Notes under the pieces: generated by a model
Told to the model about the DNA's origin: nothing
Databases searched by the model: none
Seen by the model: the letters and a program-made list of their open reading frames with translations, nothing else
Source: the human T2T-CHM13v2.0 reference genome, Homo sapiens
Assembly (NCBI RefSeq): GCF_009914755.1
Contig: NC_060934.1
DNA length: 64,000 nt
Direction: 5' to 3' (one strand)
Part shown: in pieces, positions 14,554 to 30,703 of the stretch
How positions within the stretch are numbered: position 1 is the first letter of the stretch
Layout: every line of letters starts with the position of its first letter
Made by a program: the position numbers and the translations under genes

Positions 14554-15522
14554 CTTTCCCCCCGGCATTTTAACAGTCTGGCCACTTTTCTGTAGGGCTG
14601 CTGTGGTTTGCTGGGCATCTGCTCCAGTCCCTAGTCACCTCAGATTTTCCAGTATCTGGTATCACCAGTGAAGGCTGTGAAACAGCAAAGATAGCAGCCT
14701 GGCCCTTCCTCTGAGAGCTCCATCCCTGCAGGGTACAGATCTGTTGCTAGCCTTAACATACCTGTAGATGGTGGTTGGAGACCCCAGTTGGGAGGTCTCA
14801 CCCAGCCAGGAAGAAAAGGATCAGGGAACTGCTTAAAGAAGCAGTCTAGCCCTGCTTTCATAGAGCAACTGAACTGTGCTGTGGTACCGTTTCCTTCACC
14901 TCCCCCTCCTCAGGTTGAGCTCTCCAAAGTCTGGAGGCTAAAACAGCTAAGTTGCTGAAACAGCAAAGATGGTGGCCTGCCCCTTCCTCTGGGAGCTCCA
15001 TCCCAGTGGGGTACAGACCTGTTGCTGACCTGAACACACCTATAGGAGGTGGCTGGATACCCCATTTGGGAGATCTCACTCATCCAGGAGAAACAGGATC
15101 GAGGACCTGCTTAAAGAAGCAGTGTGGCCATGCTTTCCTAGAGTAGGTATGCCATGCTGGGGTACTGCTTCCACTTTCAGACAGTTTGGACACCCCACAG
15201 GCTGGAATGGCTGAGTTGTCCAAACAACTGTCCAAACAGCCTCCCCCTCCCGCTTGGCACTCCATCCCAGGTAGAAATCAAAACTCTGTCTGCCAGAGAA
15301 TATGGGCAGAGCCGGTTGGAGGCCCCAGTTGGGAGGTCCCCCTCAGAGATAAGGAGCAGATCAGGGTCCCACTTAAAGAAGCAGTCTGGCTGTGTTTTGG
15401 TAGAGCTAAGACTCTTAACAGTCAGGATGGCTTGATAACAAGAGGAGGGCAGTGGGAAAAAAAAACAAAACAAAACTTCATCCTTAGGCAACCAAATCTC
15501 TAATGTGTTTTGAGGTAGATAG

Positions 15523-16023
<501 letters not shown>

Positions 16024-16207
16024 TAATGCTGCTGCAAGAATGGTCTCATCACCCCTAGTTCACATCCGGCCTCTAAGTTCACAGCACACCCAGTCATTTA
16101 CTAAAACTGCATGGTACCACTGTCAGCAATTTATTAGTTCAGGAACCACTTATTGACATTTTGGAGGTAAAACTAGTGAGGGAGAGGAGAGTCAAAAGTG
16201 GCTCCTA

Positions 16208-16526
<319 letters not shown>

Positions 16527-17014
16527 CTAACCCAGGTGACTGACTAGATGCCATTAACCAAGGTGAAAAGATGTATATAGAAAAGCAGATTTGAGGTTAA
16601 AATACTGAATTTGGTCATTCAAAATGACATATTGAATAATTTAATTTTTTAGATACCTGCAGGATGTCTAGGAAGAGAAATTCAGTGGGCATTCAGTGGA
16701 AATGCATTATCAATTAGACTCAGGAACACAGTCTGGACTAGAACTGAAGGACAGGGAATCACCAGATTTAGAGATGAAACTGTAGGATTGAGTAACCTGC
16801 TAGGAGATGGCAGAGCATGTGTGAAGGTGGAGGTGAGATCCTGTTCATGTGGCTGAGAGTGCAGGGAACAAGGAGCCAGCAAACATAAATTCCTCTTTTA
16901 AGAAGTTTGGTAGTCAAGGACAGAGAAGAAATAGTTGGTAGATTTTAGAAGAAAGACATAGATATAGCAGTTTGGCTTTGTGCTTAGTTTTTTTCAGGGG
17001 TGGAGGGCAGTGCA

Positions 17015-17348
<334 letters not shown>

Positions 17349-18504
17349 TAGGTGTCCTGAGGTACTGATGGAGACCTAGTCCTTTTCATAGGCATTGCCT
17401 ACATTCCCAGGAAAATTACACTCAAACCCAAATTCATAGCAGTATCTCATGGGCTTCTTCCTTGTTCTCCATGTCAGGTGGGACACAGTCTCAGGTAGGA
17501 TCAGGAACTGCAGCTTAACCAAAGGGAGAATGGTCCAGTACGAGCAGCTCAGCACCCTCGGGGGCTTGCCCTCTGCTGGGTGGCCTGCAGGCTCTTGGAC
17601 ATTACTATGCTGCTTTTACTCCTCTTGTTTTTCACTACAGCCAGCCTTCACCTGCTGCTATCAATCTCTTGCGCAGTGATATTTCACCCCTTGATATACA
17701 TAGGATCAACTGAGATGCTTTTTAACAAATAGCAATGCCCCAACCCTGTCCTCTCTATTCCATTCCTATTGTCTTAATTCCCACCTTCATTATCTTTCAC
17801 CTGGACAGCAAAGCAGCCTCTTAACACAGCCTCCAAAACCTCACCTTTCACATCTCAGCTCCACAGAGCCCCTGGGTGATCCATTCAAACAAAATATGAT
17901 CTTGTCACATCCCTGCTGAAAACCTCTTAATGGTTCTTTATTAGCTTTGATCAGTAAATCTGCTTCTCAGAAGGTGTGCTTCCAGCCTCAGATTCTTGTA
18001 GCCTCCTTAAGCTCATTTTCATAATATGGAAAGTTTGTCATCCTGAGCTACTCTGGACGGCCCGTAGCAAAGGGCATCTGCAGATATGTGGATTTCTTGC
18101 CATGCTAAGGTGATTTCTAAAAAACCTTAACATGAAAAGAAGAAGCAACATTTTGTATTTATTTTTTTCAGGGACTAGGTTTACTTTTTTTGCAGTGATA
18201 GATTTTTGTTCCTTTTTACTTTTTTTAAAAAATAACTTTAGTAGAGTACTATTCACATACAATAAATAGACATATTTAAAGCATGTAGTTTGACAAGTTC
18301 TGATGTGTATACCCATGAAGCCATCACAATAATCAAGATAATGAACATTTTTCTCACTGTAAGTTTTCCCCTGCCCCTTATATTTAGTTTTTGAAAAAAT
18401 AAGAATATAATCATAACTCACTGAGAAAAACGTAACCTACAATCTTAGTAGAGCTTGTGAAACTTATTTATATATGCATTATTCAGTCTCTTAGTGAAGG
18501 ACCA

Positions 18505-18817
18505 TTTTATTTTATTTTATTTTATTTCCTTTTTGAGACAGAGTCTCACTCTGTAGCTCAGGCTGGAGTGCAGTGGCGCAATCTCAGCTCCCCTGCAACC
18601 TCTGCCTCCCAGGTTCAAGCAAGTCTCGTGCCTCAGCCTCCCAAGTAGCTGGGACCACAGGCATATACCACCACACCCAACTGATTTTTGTACTTTTAGT
18701 AGAGATGGGGTTTCGCCGTGTTGGCCAGGCTGATCTTGAACTCCTGACCTCAGGTGATCCACCTGCCTCGGCCTCCCAAAGTGCTGGGATTACAAACGTG
18801 AGCCACCACGCCCAACC
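18505..18817 (-). mobile_element. Alu (S)
   Basis: Consensus; TSD accattt/accatattt. Confidence 0.9.
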
Positions 18818-20298
18818 ATATTTACTTTTATTTTAGACAGTTCTAAGAAGCTGCGCTATTTATTTTGCCAGTGCTTAGCACATACAGAAGAGAAAAAATA
18901 TATATGCTCTAGAAGAAAAAAGCATAGGCAAAAATGTGAAAACCACAGCAGTGTGGCCCTACTTTGTAAGCAGACAAATCATCCCGTCTGTGGTGCTGTA
19001 CAAGAATGATGTGTGCAAGATCCTCCAGCTCTTGGCATGGCTCATAGGCCATTACCCTCTGACCTCAGCCCCCTCGAGTTTCTGCTCCTGCCAAAGGGAA
19101 TTATTGACAATTCCCAAACTGTCACTCCTGAACACCCTTCTGACTTTGCGCATGCTGTTTCCTCTGCCTGATATCTTCTTCCCCGCCTTTTCTTCCTGTC
19201 TGATCCTTACTGGTTCTTCGAGATTCATGGAGGGTTTACTTCCTCCATGAAGCCTTTCCTGGCACCTTTCTCCATTTGAACTAAAAAATCCTTTTTCCTT
19301 TTTCTTCTTCCTCAATTCCTAGCATATGGTAAGGGTCATTAAATATTTGCCAAGTAAATAATTGAATGAGTCTTTATAATAATCATAATTTGGGGCTAGT
19401 CCACAAACCTAAAATAAACATAGCTCATTTTACTTATATTTATTAATTGTTTGATTATTCATTTCTTTGATTTTTCATTGTCCTCGGCTTAAATTTAAAT
19501 CAAGTTGGTTCTCCCCGATATTGAACACATCTGATTCACTTCCCTTTAATTTTGGTTGGCGTATGCTCTGAGAATACAAAATAATTTAACACAAGCCTAA
19601 GCAAAATATAGCTAGAAAGTTAATCACTGGAAAAAGAAACATACTAAATTCCAAAATCAAGCATTGAACAAGTTTTCGATAAGCCACTAGTTTTGATTCC
19701 ATTATACCCTTGTTACTTTCTTTCAGTACATGAATTCGGTGCTCGGAACTAGCATTGTCTAGTCACAGCAAACCCCAAATCAAGAGCCAACATTTGTCCT
19801 GGTTTCTGTTCTGCAATGTGTTACCTTGTAATAACCCCTTCTGCTTCATTTTTTCTTTTAAAGAAAAATAACAGTTATTTTGAGATAAAGATAAATTGAA
19901 AATGCTCAGGTATTTAGATTAAAAGTACTATTTTAATATCAAGCCTTACTATTATCTTAAGATACTGGACTGTAAACTCCTTGACGTCAGAGACCATATT
20001 ATTCATCTTTATGTCCTCTGCAGCAACCAGCAGGGTGTCTTGCATAGATTAGGTATGCCATGGATGTTTATTATAGAATATAATCAGAAGAGGGTATAAA
20101 TGAATTTTACCTCAGGAAAATAAAAATGAGTAAATAAATACAAGAAATAACAGAAACCACATTATGTTTAGATCCCCTTCAGTTCAGTGGAATGAGGTGC
20201 TGGTAGTAACACTAGTCAAGATGCCTTATTTTAAAATAATTTTTTGGATTTTTTTAGGTGCACCAAAACAGCAGTTAGCAAGGAACTAGAAAGCAGTC

Positions 20299-20615
20299 TG
20301 GCTGGGCACTGTCATGGCTCATACCTGTAATCTCAGCACTTTGGGAGGCCGAGGCGGAAGGATCGCTTGAGTGGTCTTGAGTTCAAGACCAGCCTGGGCA
20401 ACATAGTGAGATCCCATCTCTACAAAAAATGAAAATTAGCCGGGCATGGTGGCACACACCTATAATCCCACTGAGGGGCTGAGGCAGGAGAATTGCTTGA
20501 GTTTAGGAGGTCGAAGCTGCAGTGAGCTGTGATTGTGCCACTGCACTCCAGCCTGGGCAACAGTGAGACCCTGTCTCAAAACAAAACAAAAAAAAAGAAG
20601 AAAAGAAAAGAAAAA
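20299..20615 (+). mobile_element. Alu (J)
   Basis: Consensus plus A-rich tail. Confidence 0.88.
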
Positions 20616-20852
20616 GAAGTGGCCTGTGCATGTGGAGCAAGTACCCAGTTTAATCGGCTTTAATATCTGACCTCCACTTTTTTCCTGGCCCAGAAGACAG
20701 GAACTATTAGGTACCCACTAAAAGGCAACTATGTCCAGAAAAAAAAAAAAAGTTCCTCTAGAATCTAGAATGGGAAAAATAATATGAGGGTGATTCTTGG
20801 CCTATAAGAAGTTTCATGAATATCCAAAACTTTGGCCTCAGCTGGGGCAAAT

Positions 20853-21220
20853 ATGGCTCACTGCAGCCTCTGCCTCCCAGGTTCAAGCAATTATCATCGT
20901 GCCTCAGCCTCCTGAGTAGCTGGGATTACAGAGGCATACCACCACACTTGACTTTTTTTTTTTTTTTAGAGACAAGGTCTTGCTATGTTGCCCAGGCTAA
21001 TCTCGAACTCTGGGGCTCAAGCAATCCTGCCACCTCAACCTGCCGAGTAGCTGGGACTACAGGCAGGCACCATGACGCCTGGCTAACTTTTTGTATTATT
21101 AATAGAGACGGGTTTTCACCATGTTGGCCAGGCTGGTCTCGAACTCCTTAGTTCAAGCAATCCTCCTGCCTCAGCCTGCCAGAGTGCTGGGATTACAGGC
21201 GTGAGCCACCTCGCCCAGCC
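20853..21220 (-). mobile_element. Composite three-monomer Alu
   Basis: Partial right arm followed by two monomers. Confidence 0.8.
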
Positions 21221-21877
21221 AGGAGTGCTTCTTTTCCCCCAGCTAACCCTGAAGTGAACCTAGGTGTTTTGCTTTAAGCAGTAGACCTGAGATTAAAACC
21301 CCAAAACCCTATCAAACTGCAATTTAACATTAAATTTGGGAAAAGAGAAATTAAAACAATTTGGAGGTGCATGACTTTTACCCAATAGAACCAGTTATTA
21401 TCTAAGAAACTTGGATATTTATGTCACTTTGATGCATGCACTGCAGTTCCCTAACTTTTGTATCCCCTTCAGTAGTCAGTTGCTATTAGGTGTCCAATAC
21501 ATAGTTAATAAATTTTGTTAAAGAAAAGCCTTCTCAAATCAATACTAAGGTACATAGAGGCAGAATTCCTGCAATATATTGCAAATGGAAAGACAGCCTT
21601 ACTAGCAAAAGGTATCTGAAATAAATGGTGTTGCTGTTGCCAACACTTAAACGCATTAACTTAACAGGAAGCCCTGGTGCCCAGTTTGTGGGTACAGCAA
21701 ATGATAAATGGGACAGATGCTATTAGTAAATAAGGCTAGGTCTGAAGAGGCCTTCACAGGGAAAAATTTAATTTTTCTTTCATTCCCAAAAAGCTTGAGT
21801 ACAGTCCAGCCTCCTCCACCCCTTTGGCTCTCCTTGGGCCAAAATGTTGGGTTAGATTGTTTTTCCACCTCTGTTGA

Positions 21878-22021
<144 letters not shown>

Positions 22022-22635
22022 TGAACATCTTTAATTTATAACCCCTGAACCTGAGCCTTTTTTTTTTTTTTTTTGGTGTCCCAGTGTGTTGACATTCCAA
22101 GAGCCCACTGGTGGGATCTGCATGGGCTCAAGAGAAAAACAGAGAAACTGGCCATCGAGAAGCTTAACCCTTTCATGCATGTCACACCCGCCCTGCCTGC
22201 CAAAATAACTGTGCTGTTCCCCTCATACCACCTGCCAAAATAACTGTGCTGTTCAAAGAAAATACTATAGGATCATAATTTAATTTAAAATCTTTGTGGG
22301 CAGTTATGGTTGAAAAGCCAGTGTGGTGATTGGTCAAATGGCAAGGGATATGGACAGGAAATTCACAGAAAAGACAAATAGTGAAATGTTCACTGAAAAT
22401 AGTACTTAAGTGCTGATGAAAACAATTATAAGACACCATTTTATACATATTAAATTTATGAAAATTATAAAATACAACACTTACAAGGTTATAGGGAGAA
22501 GTATACAGTGACAGTGTAAATTAGTACATTTGCTGGAACATTGTCTGATAATCTGTAATAATAATCATAAAATCGTCATATTCTTTTATCTAAAAATTCC
22601 AATTCTGACAGTTTCTTAAAAACAAAACAAAACAG

Positions 22636-22882
22636 AGGCAGGAGAATTGCCTGAAGCCAGGAGTTTGAGACCAGCCTGGGCAACATAGCAAGACCTCTAC
22701 TCTACAAAAAATTTTAAAATTAGCTGGGCATAGTGGCACACACCTGTAGTCCTAGCTTACTTAGGCAGCTGAGGCAGGTCACTTGAGCCCAGAGTTCAAG
22801 GTTACAGTGAGCTATGATCAGGCCACTGCACTCCAGCATGGGTGAGAGAGTGAGACCCTGTCTCTAAAAACAAACAAAACAA
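22636..22882 (+). mobile_element. Alu (J), 5'-truncated
   Basis: Consensus. Confidence 0.85.
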
Positions 22883-23719
22883 ATTTTTAAGCCAAAACAG
22901 ACAAGGTGTATTGGAAGTGTTTGTAGAGCATTGTTACAAGGGGGTAAAAGAAAAAGCCCCAAACAAGCAGGGCTAAGGGCCACAGTATATCAATTTAATG
23001 CAATATTAAGAGTTATTAAAATGATAAATATGGGAAAAGCAGACATAAAAACTGTTGTCATAACAATTTACAGGCATATTAAATATATTACATTTAATGT
23101 AGTGAGATAAGCTGGAAGATTTTTTATCATTGTTGTTAGAGTGTACTTGTTGAAACATTTAAACAAAAGGAAGTTGAAGAGGCCAACATTCTTTTCCACA
23201 CTGCTTGTAAGTATATGCATGTCCATCCCAGCTATACCATGGTTACAGAACAACTGCTAACAATGATGGCTGATCCTGATTGCCCTCAATCAGGCAGGAA
23301 GCTCAGGCAGTTACCTACAGAAAGGTGCTTGCAGAAAACACTGGTTATTTGACAGCACAAGTGCATGGGAGCCAATGCTATCCCCAGACCTTGGTGTGAA
23401 GAAGGAAGATGCTCAAGTTAGTAGATGTTGCTTCACAAAGGTCTCTTCTGTTCCAGCTCCATGCAGGAGTTATGAATGTGGGTTTTTTTAATCACTCATG
23501 TGACTTAAATGCAAACTTTGCCACATTTTTTATTAAATGTGTACATTTGGGCAAGTTCCTTAACCTCTCTGTTTCCTTATCTGTAAAATGGGGATGATAA
23601 ACTCTACTTGTGGATGTCCTTGTTAAGATTACATGACTTAATGTTTAGGAACATTTAGTATTGTGTCTTGTAAGTGCCCCACAAGTGGCAGCAGTTATTG
23701 TTTTTATTAACAGTCGTGA

Positions 23720-23902
<183 letters not shown>

Positions 23903-24386
23903 TTCGTAGCCATACCTCGAGTCCCTGCATTGGACGGCTCTGCTCTTTGGAGCTTCTCCCCCCACCGCCCTCTAAGAACATCTGCCAACAGCTGGGTTCA
24001 GACTTCACACTGTGAGTTCAGACTCCCAGCACCAACTCACTCTGATTCTGGTCCATTCAGTGGGCACAGGTCACAGCACTGCTGAACAATGTGGCCTGGG
24101 TGGGGTTTCATCTTTCTAGGGTTGAAAACTAAACTGTCCACCCAGAAAGACACTCACCCCATTTCCCTCATTTCTTTCCTACACTTAAATACCTCGTGTA
24201 TGGTGCAATCAGACCACAAAATCAGAAGCTGGGTATAATATTTCAAGTTACAAACCCTAGAAAAATTAAACAGTTACTGAAATTATGACTTAAATACCCA
24301 ATGACTCCTTAAATATGTAAATTATAGTTATACCTTGAAATTTCAATTCAAATGCAGACTAATTATAGGGAATTTGGAAGTGTATC

Positions 24387-24392
24387 AATAAA
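24387..24392 (+). terminator. OIT3: OIT3 polyadenylation signal AATAAA
   Basis: AATAAA ~485 nt after the stop, followed by GT/T-rich sequence. Confidence 0.75.
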
Positions 24393-24439
24393 ACAGTATA
24401 TAATTTTAAAAGTAGTATTTGGTTTTTCTGTTGCATACT

Positions 24440-24756
24440 ATTTTCTTTTTTTTCTTTTTCTCTTTTTTTTTTTCTGAGATGGCGTCTCGCTCTGTCGCCC
24501 AGGCTGAAGTGCAGTGGCGCAATCTCAGCTCACTGTAACCTCTGCCTCCTGGGTTCAAGCAATTCTTCTGCCTCAGCCTTTTGAGTAGCTGGGACTACAG
24601 GCATGCACCACCACACCCAGCGAATTTTTGTGTTTTTAGTAGAGACAGGGTTTCTCCATGTTGGCCAGACTGGCTCGAACTCTTGGTCTCAGGTGATCCA
24701 CCCGCTTCAGCCTCCCAAAGTGCTGGGATTACAGGCGTGAGCCACTGCACCCGGCC
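24440..24756 (-). mobile_element. Alu (S) just past the OIT3 poly(A) site
   Basis: Consensus. Confidence 0.9.
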
Positions 24757-25121
24757 ATCTTTTGATACTTCTAATATATTGCCTTAAGTGAAATATTTTC
24801 ACCTAACAAATATTAATAAATTCATCAACATGTATTTAAGTGCTTCAATGAGCTGTAACAGAATTAAAGTTTGGTACCATGTTCCCTGTGATTTGGTATT
24901 CTGTGCCCTCAGGCTGATAAGACAATAGAAAAAAGTATATAATTCTGCCATATTCTGTTTTGTAGGTACTTAATAATAAGAAGTTTTATTGAAATAAATA
25001 TAAACCACAAAGATAAATATTATCTGCAGTTAACTCCAATTTCTTTATATGCCAATTAATTTTATGGCCTTTACATAAGATCAGAAAAGTTTTTCTGCTT
25101 TTAGTTTTTAAAAGTTGCTAT

Positions 25122-25405
25122 AGTCTGGACTTGGTGGCTCATGCCCGAAATCCCAGCACTTCAGAGGCCAAGGTGGGAGAATCCCTTGAGCCCAGGAGCT
25201 CAAGACTAGCCTAGGCAACATAGTGAGACCTCATCTCTACAAAAAAATTGTTTTAAATTAGCCGGGCATGGTGGTGTGCCACTGTGGTTCCAGCTACTCA
25301 GGGAGCTGAGGTGGGAGGATTGCTTGAGTTCAGGAGGTCGAGGCTGCAGTGAGCCATGATAGTGCTCCAGCCAGGGTGACAGAGTGAGACCTTGTTTCAA
25401 AAAAC
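25122..25405 (+). mobile_element. Alu (J)
   Basis: Consensus. Confidence 0.88.
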
Positions 25406-25507
25406 CCCCCAAATCCCAAAAAATTAAAAAAAATTGCTACAATTAATAGTTCTTAGTAGAATCAGTAAAATTAACAAAAGTAAGGGAAAGGAGAAAAAGA
25501 TTTAGAT

Positions 25508-26088
<581 letters not shown>

Positions 26089-26576
26089 TCACCTGGAAAA
26101 CATTTATAAAATACCAGTGCATATTTACTGGTTTGTTTTAAAGGATCCTCAGGTGATTCTAATCCATAGTTAGGCTTGAGACCCGCAAGTTAGGGAATGG
26201 CCACTTGTCTCTCACTCCCGACAGGCTGCAGGGACTTTTCCTAGCTAGCTCCATCAGTAACTCTTAGCAAGTACATCTCAGATCTTAGCATGACTCTAAC
26301 ACCATTTAGTAACTGGGAATACCAATGGGGTAGGTCACCGGAGGGAAAAATGAATCCTCAGAGACCTAATTCCATCTGACCTTCCCCTCCGTTGGCCTTA
26401 ATCAGGTAAGCCTCTGAGCCTGCCCACCTGTTTTTCTCTGTTTAGCATCAGTGGGAATAACTGTGGTCATTGGTGGAACTTACCAGGTTCAGTTTTGGTC
26501 TCTTCTAAGTGAAATGGAAGCACATTGGTGATAATGGAATTCATTCATCTCTTTCCAAATGTTCTAAAAAGTACAC

Positions 26577-26582
26577 TTTATT
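26577..26582 (-). terminator. PLA2G12B: Candidate PLA2G12B polyadenylation signal AATAAA
   Basis: tttatt on + strand ~410 nt downstream of the stop. Confidence 0.6.
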
Positions 26583-26994
26583 AAATGTGAGAAGCTTACT
26601 GGCAACTGAAACATGGGCCAGCAGAAAGTCATTGCCTCCCAAATGGCTGGACTCCCCACAATTTCACTCATGAATATAACTATCAGGTCCAGGAATTGCA
26701 GGGTTTGCTTGCATTTTAGTCTTTAAGCTAAGAACTGAATTTCCAGGCAAATGTGTCTTGGTTGGGGAGAGCAGTCTTAAATGAAGAGTAGCTTTCAAAC
26801 CACTCCATGTCTTTTTTCAAATTTCCTCAAAGGATAGGACTCACTTTCCAGCTGTAGAAAAATGTTCCCTTTCTCCTGCTTTGTGGTGTCCAAACTGTTG
26901 GAAGAACGAATGAGTCACGCTGACTCGAAGACTTGACATCTTGAAGGCTGACAGCTGTGGTGTCACTCAAAACCAGGAAGGAATCACTTCTTCC

Positions 26995-27116
26995 TCATAA
27001 CTCTTCCTTCTCCTCCTCTGCACAGATGCAAGCTGCCCGCTGACTATTCATAAAGGGGCGGCAGCCCAAGGTCCACACGGTGTTGAACACAGTGTCAACC
27101 AGGGAATCACAGGCTG
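26995..27116 (-). CDS. PLA2G12B: PLA2G12B last coding exon ([40 protein letters not shown])
   Basis: ttcaag|CA acceptor, TGA at 26995-26997; four exons sum to 588 bp = 195 aa + stop. Confidence 0.95.
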
Positions 27117-28296
27117 CTTGAAAAAGATGAAGAGGGACAGAAAGGTTAACCCTGAGTAATTTTGAAGAGTATTTCCAGGCATGACATGATACCCAGAGGA
27201 AAGTAGAGACAGTAATCCAAATACAGAATTCAAAGGAAGAGCATCCATTTCAGAGAATGTTCTCAGAAAAGCTCCCATCCAATCCAGTAAAGCAGAAGAC
27301 ACCTGGAGGTGCCCTCGCATGTGGGCCCTTGGTCAAAACAATGGTGAGCAACCAGAACCCCCCACACCACCATGCTCACTCCATGGAGAATATTTTTTGC
27401 AGAAGACTCCCTCACATGAACAACTATGTTTCCCATAGCTTTCCCATCTATGGCCATACCACCCAGAACACACCGAATCTCGCCTATAGCTTTCACTGTT
27501 CAAGTATTGGATGAACAACCATTCATTGATGGAAAAACATTTGCATGGCTTGGATATGTTGGTTAGCCACTGTCTTAGGAGCCAAAGATACAGAGACAAA
27601 AGGCATCCTCAACTTAAGTACTCCACAGTTTGGATAAAGAGGTGGACAGGTAAACAGATAGCTACACTACCTCATGATGAAAATAACCTCAAGGTGGTAT
27701 GGAAGCCCACAGAAAGGGTCTCTATCCCTTTGCAGCAAGGGTTATTAGGAGAGGTATCTTAGAGTAAGTAAGATATCTAAGTTTAAACTTCAAGAATGGT
27801 CAGGAAAATGAAGTACTGATGCATACCAAAACATGGATGAATCTTGAAAACATTATGCTAAGCACAAGAAGCCAGACACAAAAGGCCACATATTGTATGA
27901 TTCCATTCATATGAAATTTCCAGAATAGGCAATCCATACAGAGAGTAAAATAGTGGTTGTCTAGGGCTGGGGTGGGGTAGGGGAGGTAATGAGTAGTGAC
28001 TGCTAATGGCTACAGGGTTTCTTTTGGGACTAATGAAAATGTTCTGGAATTAGATTGTGGTGATGGTTGTACAACTCTGAATATACAAAAACCACTGAAG
28101 TGTATACTTTTAAAGGGTAAATTTTACGGTATGTGAATGATATATCAATTTTTTTAAATTGGTTCATTGAAAAGATAAAAAATGTTAACAAACTTTTAGC
28201 TAGACTAACCAAGAAAAAAAGAGAGGACTCAAATTACCAAATTAAGGAATGAGAGAGAAATGTCACTAACAATCTTATAGAAATAAAAAGGATTAG

Positions 28297-28600
28297 GGCC
28301 GGGCACGGTGGCTTACGCCTGTAATCCCAGCACTTTGGGAGGCCGAAGCAGGCAGATCACGAGGTCAGGAGACCTCCTGGCTAACAAGACCATCCTGGCT
28401 AACACGGTGAAACCTTGTCTCTACTAAAAATACAAAAAATTAGCCAGGCGTGGTGGCGGGCGCCTGTAGTCCCAGCTACTCAGGAGGCTGAGGCAGGAGA
28501 ATGGCGTGAACCCGGAGGCAGAGCTTGCAGTGAGCCGAGATCACACCACTGCACTCCAGCCTGGGCGACAGAGCGAGACTCCATCTCAAAAAAATAAAAA
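28297..28600 (+). mobile_element. AluY-like with short internal duplication (tcctggctaaca x2)
   Basis: gaatggcgtgaacc diagnostic; TSD aaataaaaaggatta. Confidence 0.9.
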
Positions 28601-29228
28601 TAAAAAGGATTATAAGGGAATACTATGAATACCTACATGCCAAAAAATGTTGATAACTTGGATGGAATGGACAAATTCGTAGAAAGACGTGAACTGCTGA
28701 AACTGACTCAAGAAGAATAGAAAATATGAATAGATTACTAGTGTATATAAATACAATTACTAACCCAAGCTCGTGATTTAGTAATTAAAAACTTCCCCAA
28801 AGAAATCCAATTCTACTTGGCTTCACTGGGGAATTTTACCAAACATTTAAAGAATTAATATCAATCCTTTCTAAGCTTTTTAAAAAATTAGGAGAGAAGG
28901 GATCACTGCCCAATTCATTTTATGAGGTCAATATTACTCTCATACCAAAACCAAAGACATCACAAAAATAACAATCTATAGACTAGTATCTCTTATGAAT
29001 ATGGATGCAAAATCCTCAACAAAATAGTAGTAAACTGAATCCAGTAACATATAAAAAGGTTTACATCATGACTAAGTGGGATTTAGCCTAAGAATGCTAA
29101 ATCATACTAAAATCAATTAATATGATACACTACATCAATAGGATATAGAACAAATACCACATGATCATCTCAATAGATGCAGAAAAAGCATTTGAAAACA
29201 TCCAACACTTTTTCACGATAAAAACACT

Positions 29229-29530
<302 letters not shown>

Positions 29531-30703
29531 TTAAAAGAAAACATTCAACCAACTGGGAAAAGAGGAGAACTCCCACAACCTAATAAAGGTCGTCTAATGA
29601 CAGTCATAGCTAACAATCATTCTCAATGGTGAAAGATGAAATGCTTTTACTCTAAGATCAGGAACAAGACAAAAATGTCCACTCGCAATACTTCTATTCA
29701 ATGTTGTGTTGGAAGCTCTAGCCAGGGCAATTAGGCAAGAGAAAAAATTTAAAAAATCCAAATTGGAAAGGAAGATGATATGCAGATGGCATTATCTTAT
29801 ATACAAAAAAGCCTATGGAATCCATGAAAAAAAATATTAGAACTAAGGAGTTATTTCAGCTGGGTTGCAGGATATAAGATCAATGTACAAAAATCAAATG
29901 AATTTCTATACATTATTAATAAATAATCTGAAAATAAAATTTAAATACAATTACATTTCAATAACATTAAAAAGAATAAAATACTTAGGAATAAATTTAA
30001 CAGAAGTCCAAGATTTGTACTGTGAAAACTATAAACACATTGTTGAAATAAATTAAAGAAGACCTAAATAAATGGAAAGGACATTGATATAAATATAATC
30101 TTGTTAAGATGGCAATATTCTCAAATTGATCTATAGATTCAACCATAACCCTCTCAAAATTCTAGCTGCCATTCCTTGGAGAAATTGACAAGCAGTTCCT
30201 AAAATTCATATGGAAATGTGAGGGATCCAGAATATCCAAAATAGTCTTGACAGAAAAGTACACAGTTTAAGAACACATCTTGATTTCAAAATTTACTGCA
30301 TAACGACAGTAACAGGCAGCATGGTCCTGACATAGATCAGTGGAATAGAATTGCGCATCTAGAAATAAATCCTAACCTTTATGGTCAATTGATTTTTGAC
30401 AATGTCCAGAATAGGCAGTTCTAGAGGTAGAAAGTAGATTCATGGTTTCCTCAAGCTGGGCAGGGGGAGTTTGGGGAGAGACCGTTAATGGCCCTGGGGC
30501 TCCTTTTCAGGGTGATGAATATGTTCTAAAATTGACTGTGGGATTGACTGCATAACTCTGTGAACATATTTAAAAGCATTTAAGTGGGTGAATTGTATCA
30601 TGTGTGAATTGTAGCTTAATAAATCTGTTTCAACAACAACAAAAATGAATGATTAGGGCGTTTCACACAGGGGCAGAAAGGAATGGGCCATCAACCCAAG
30701 GAG

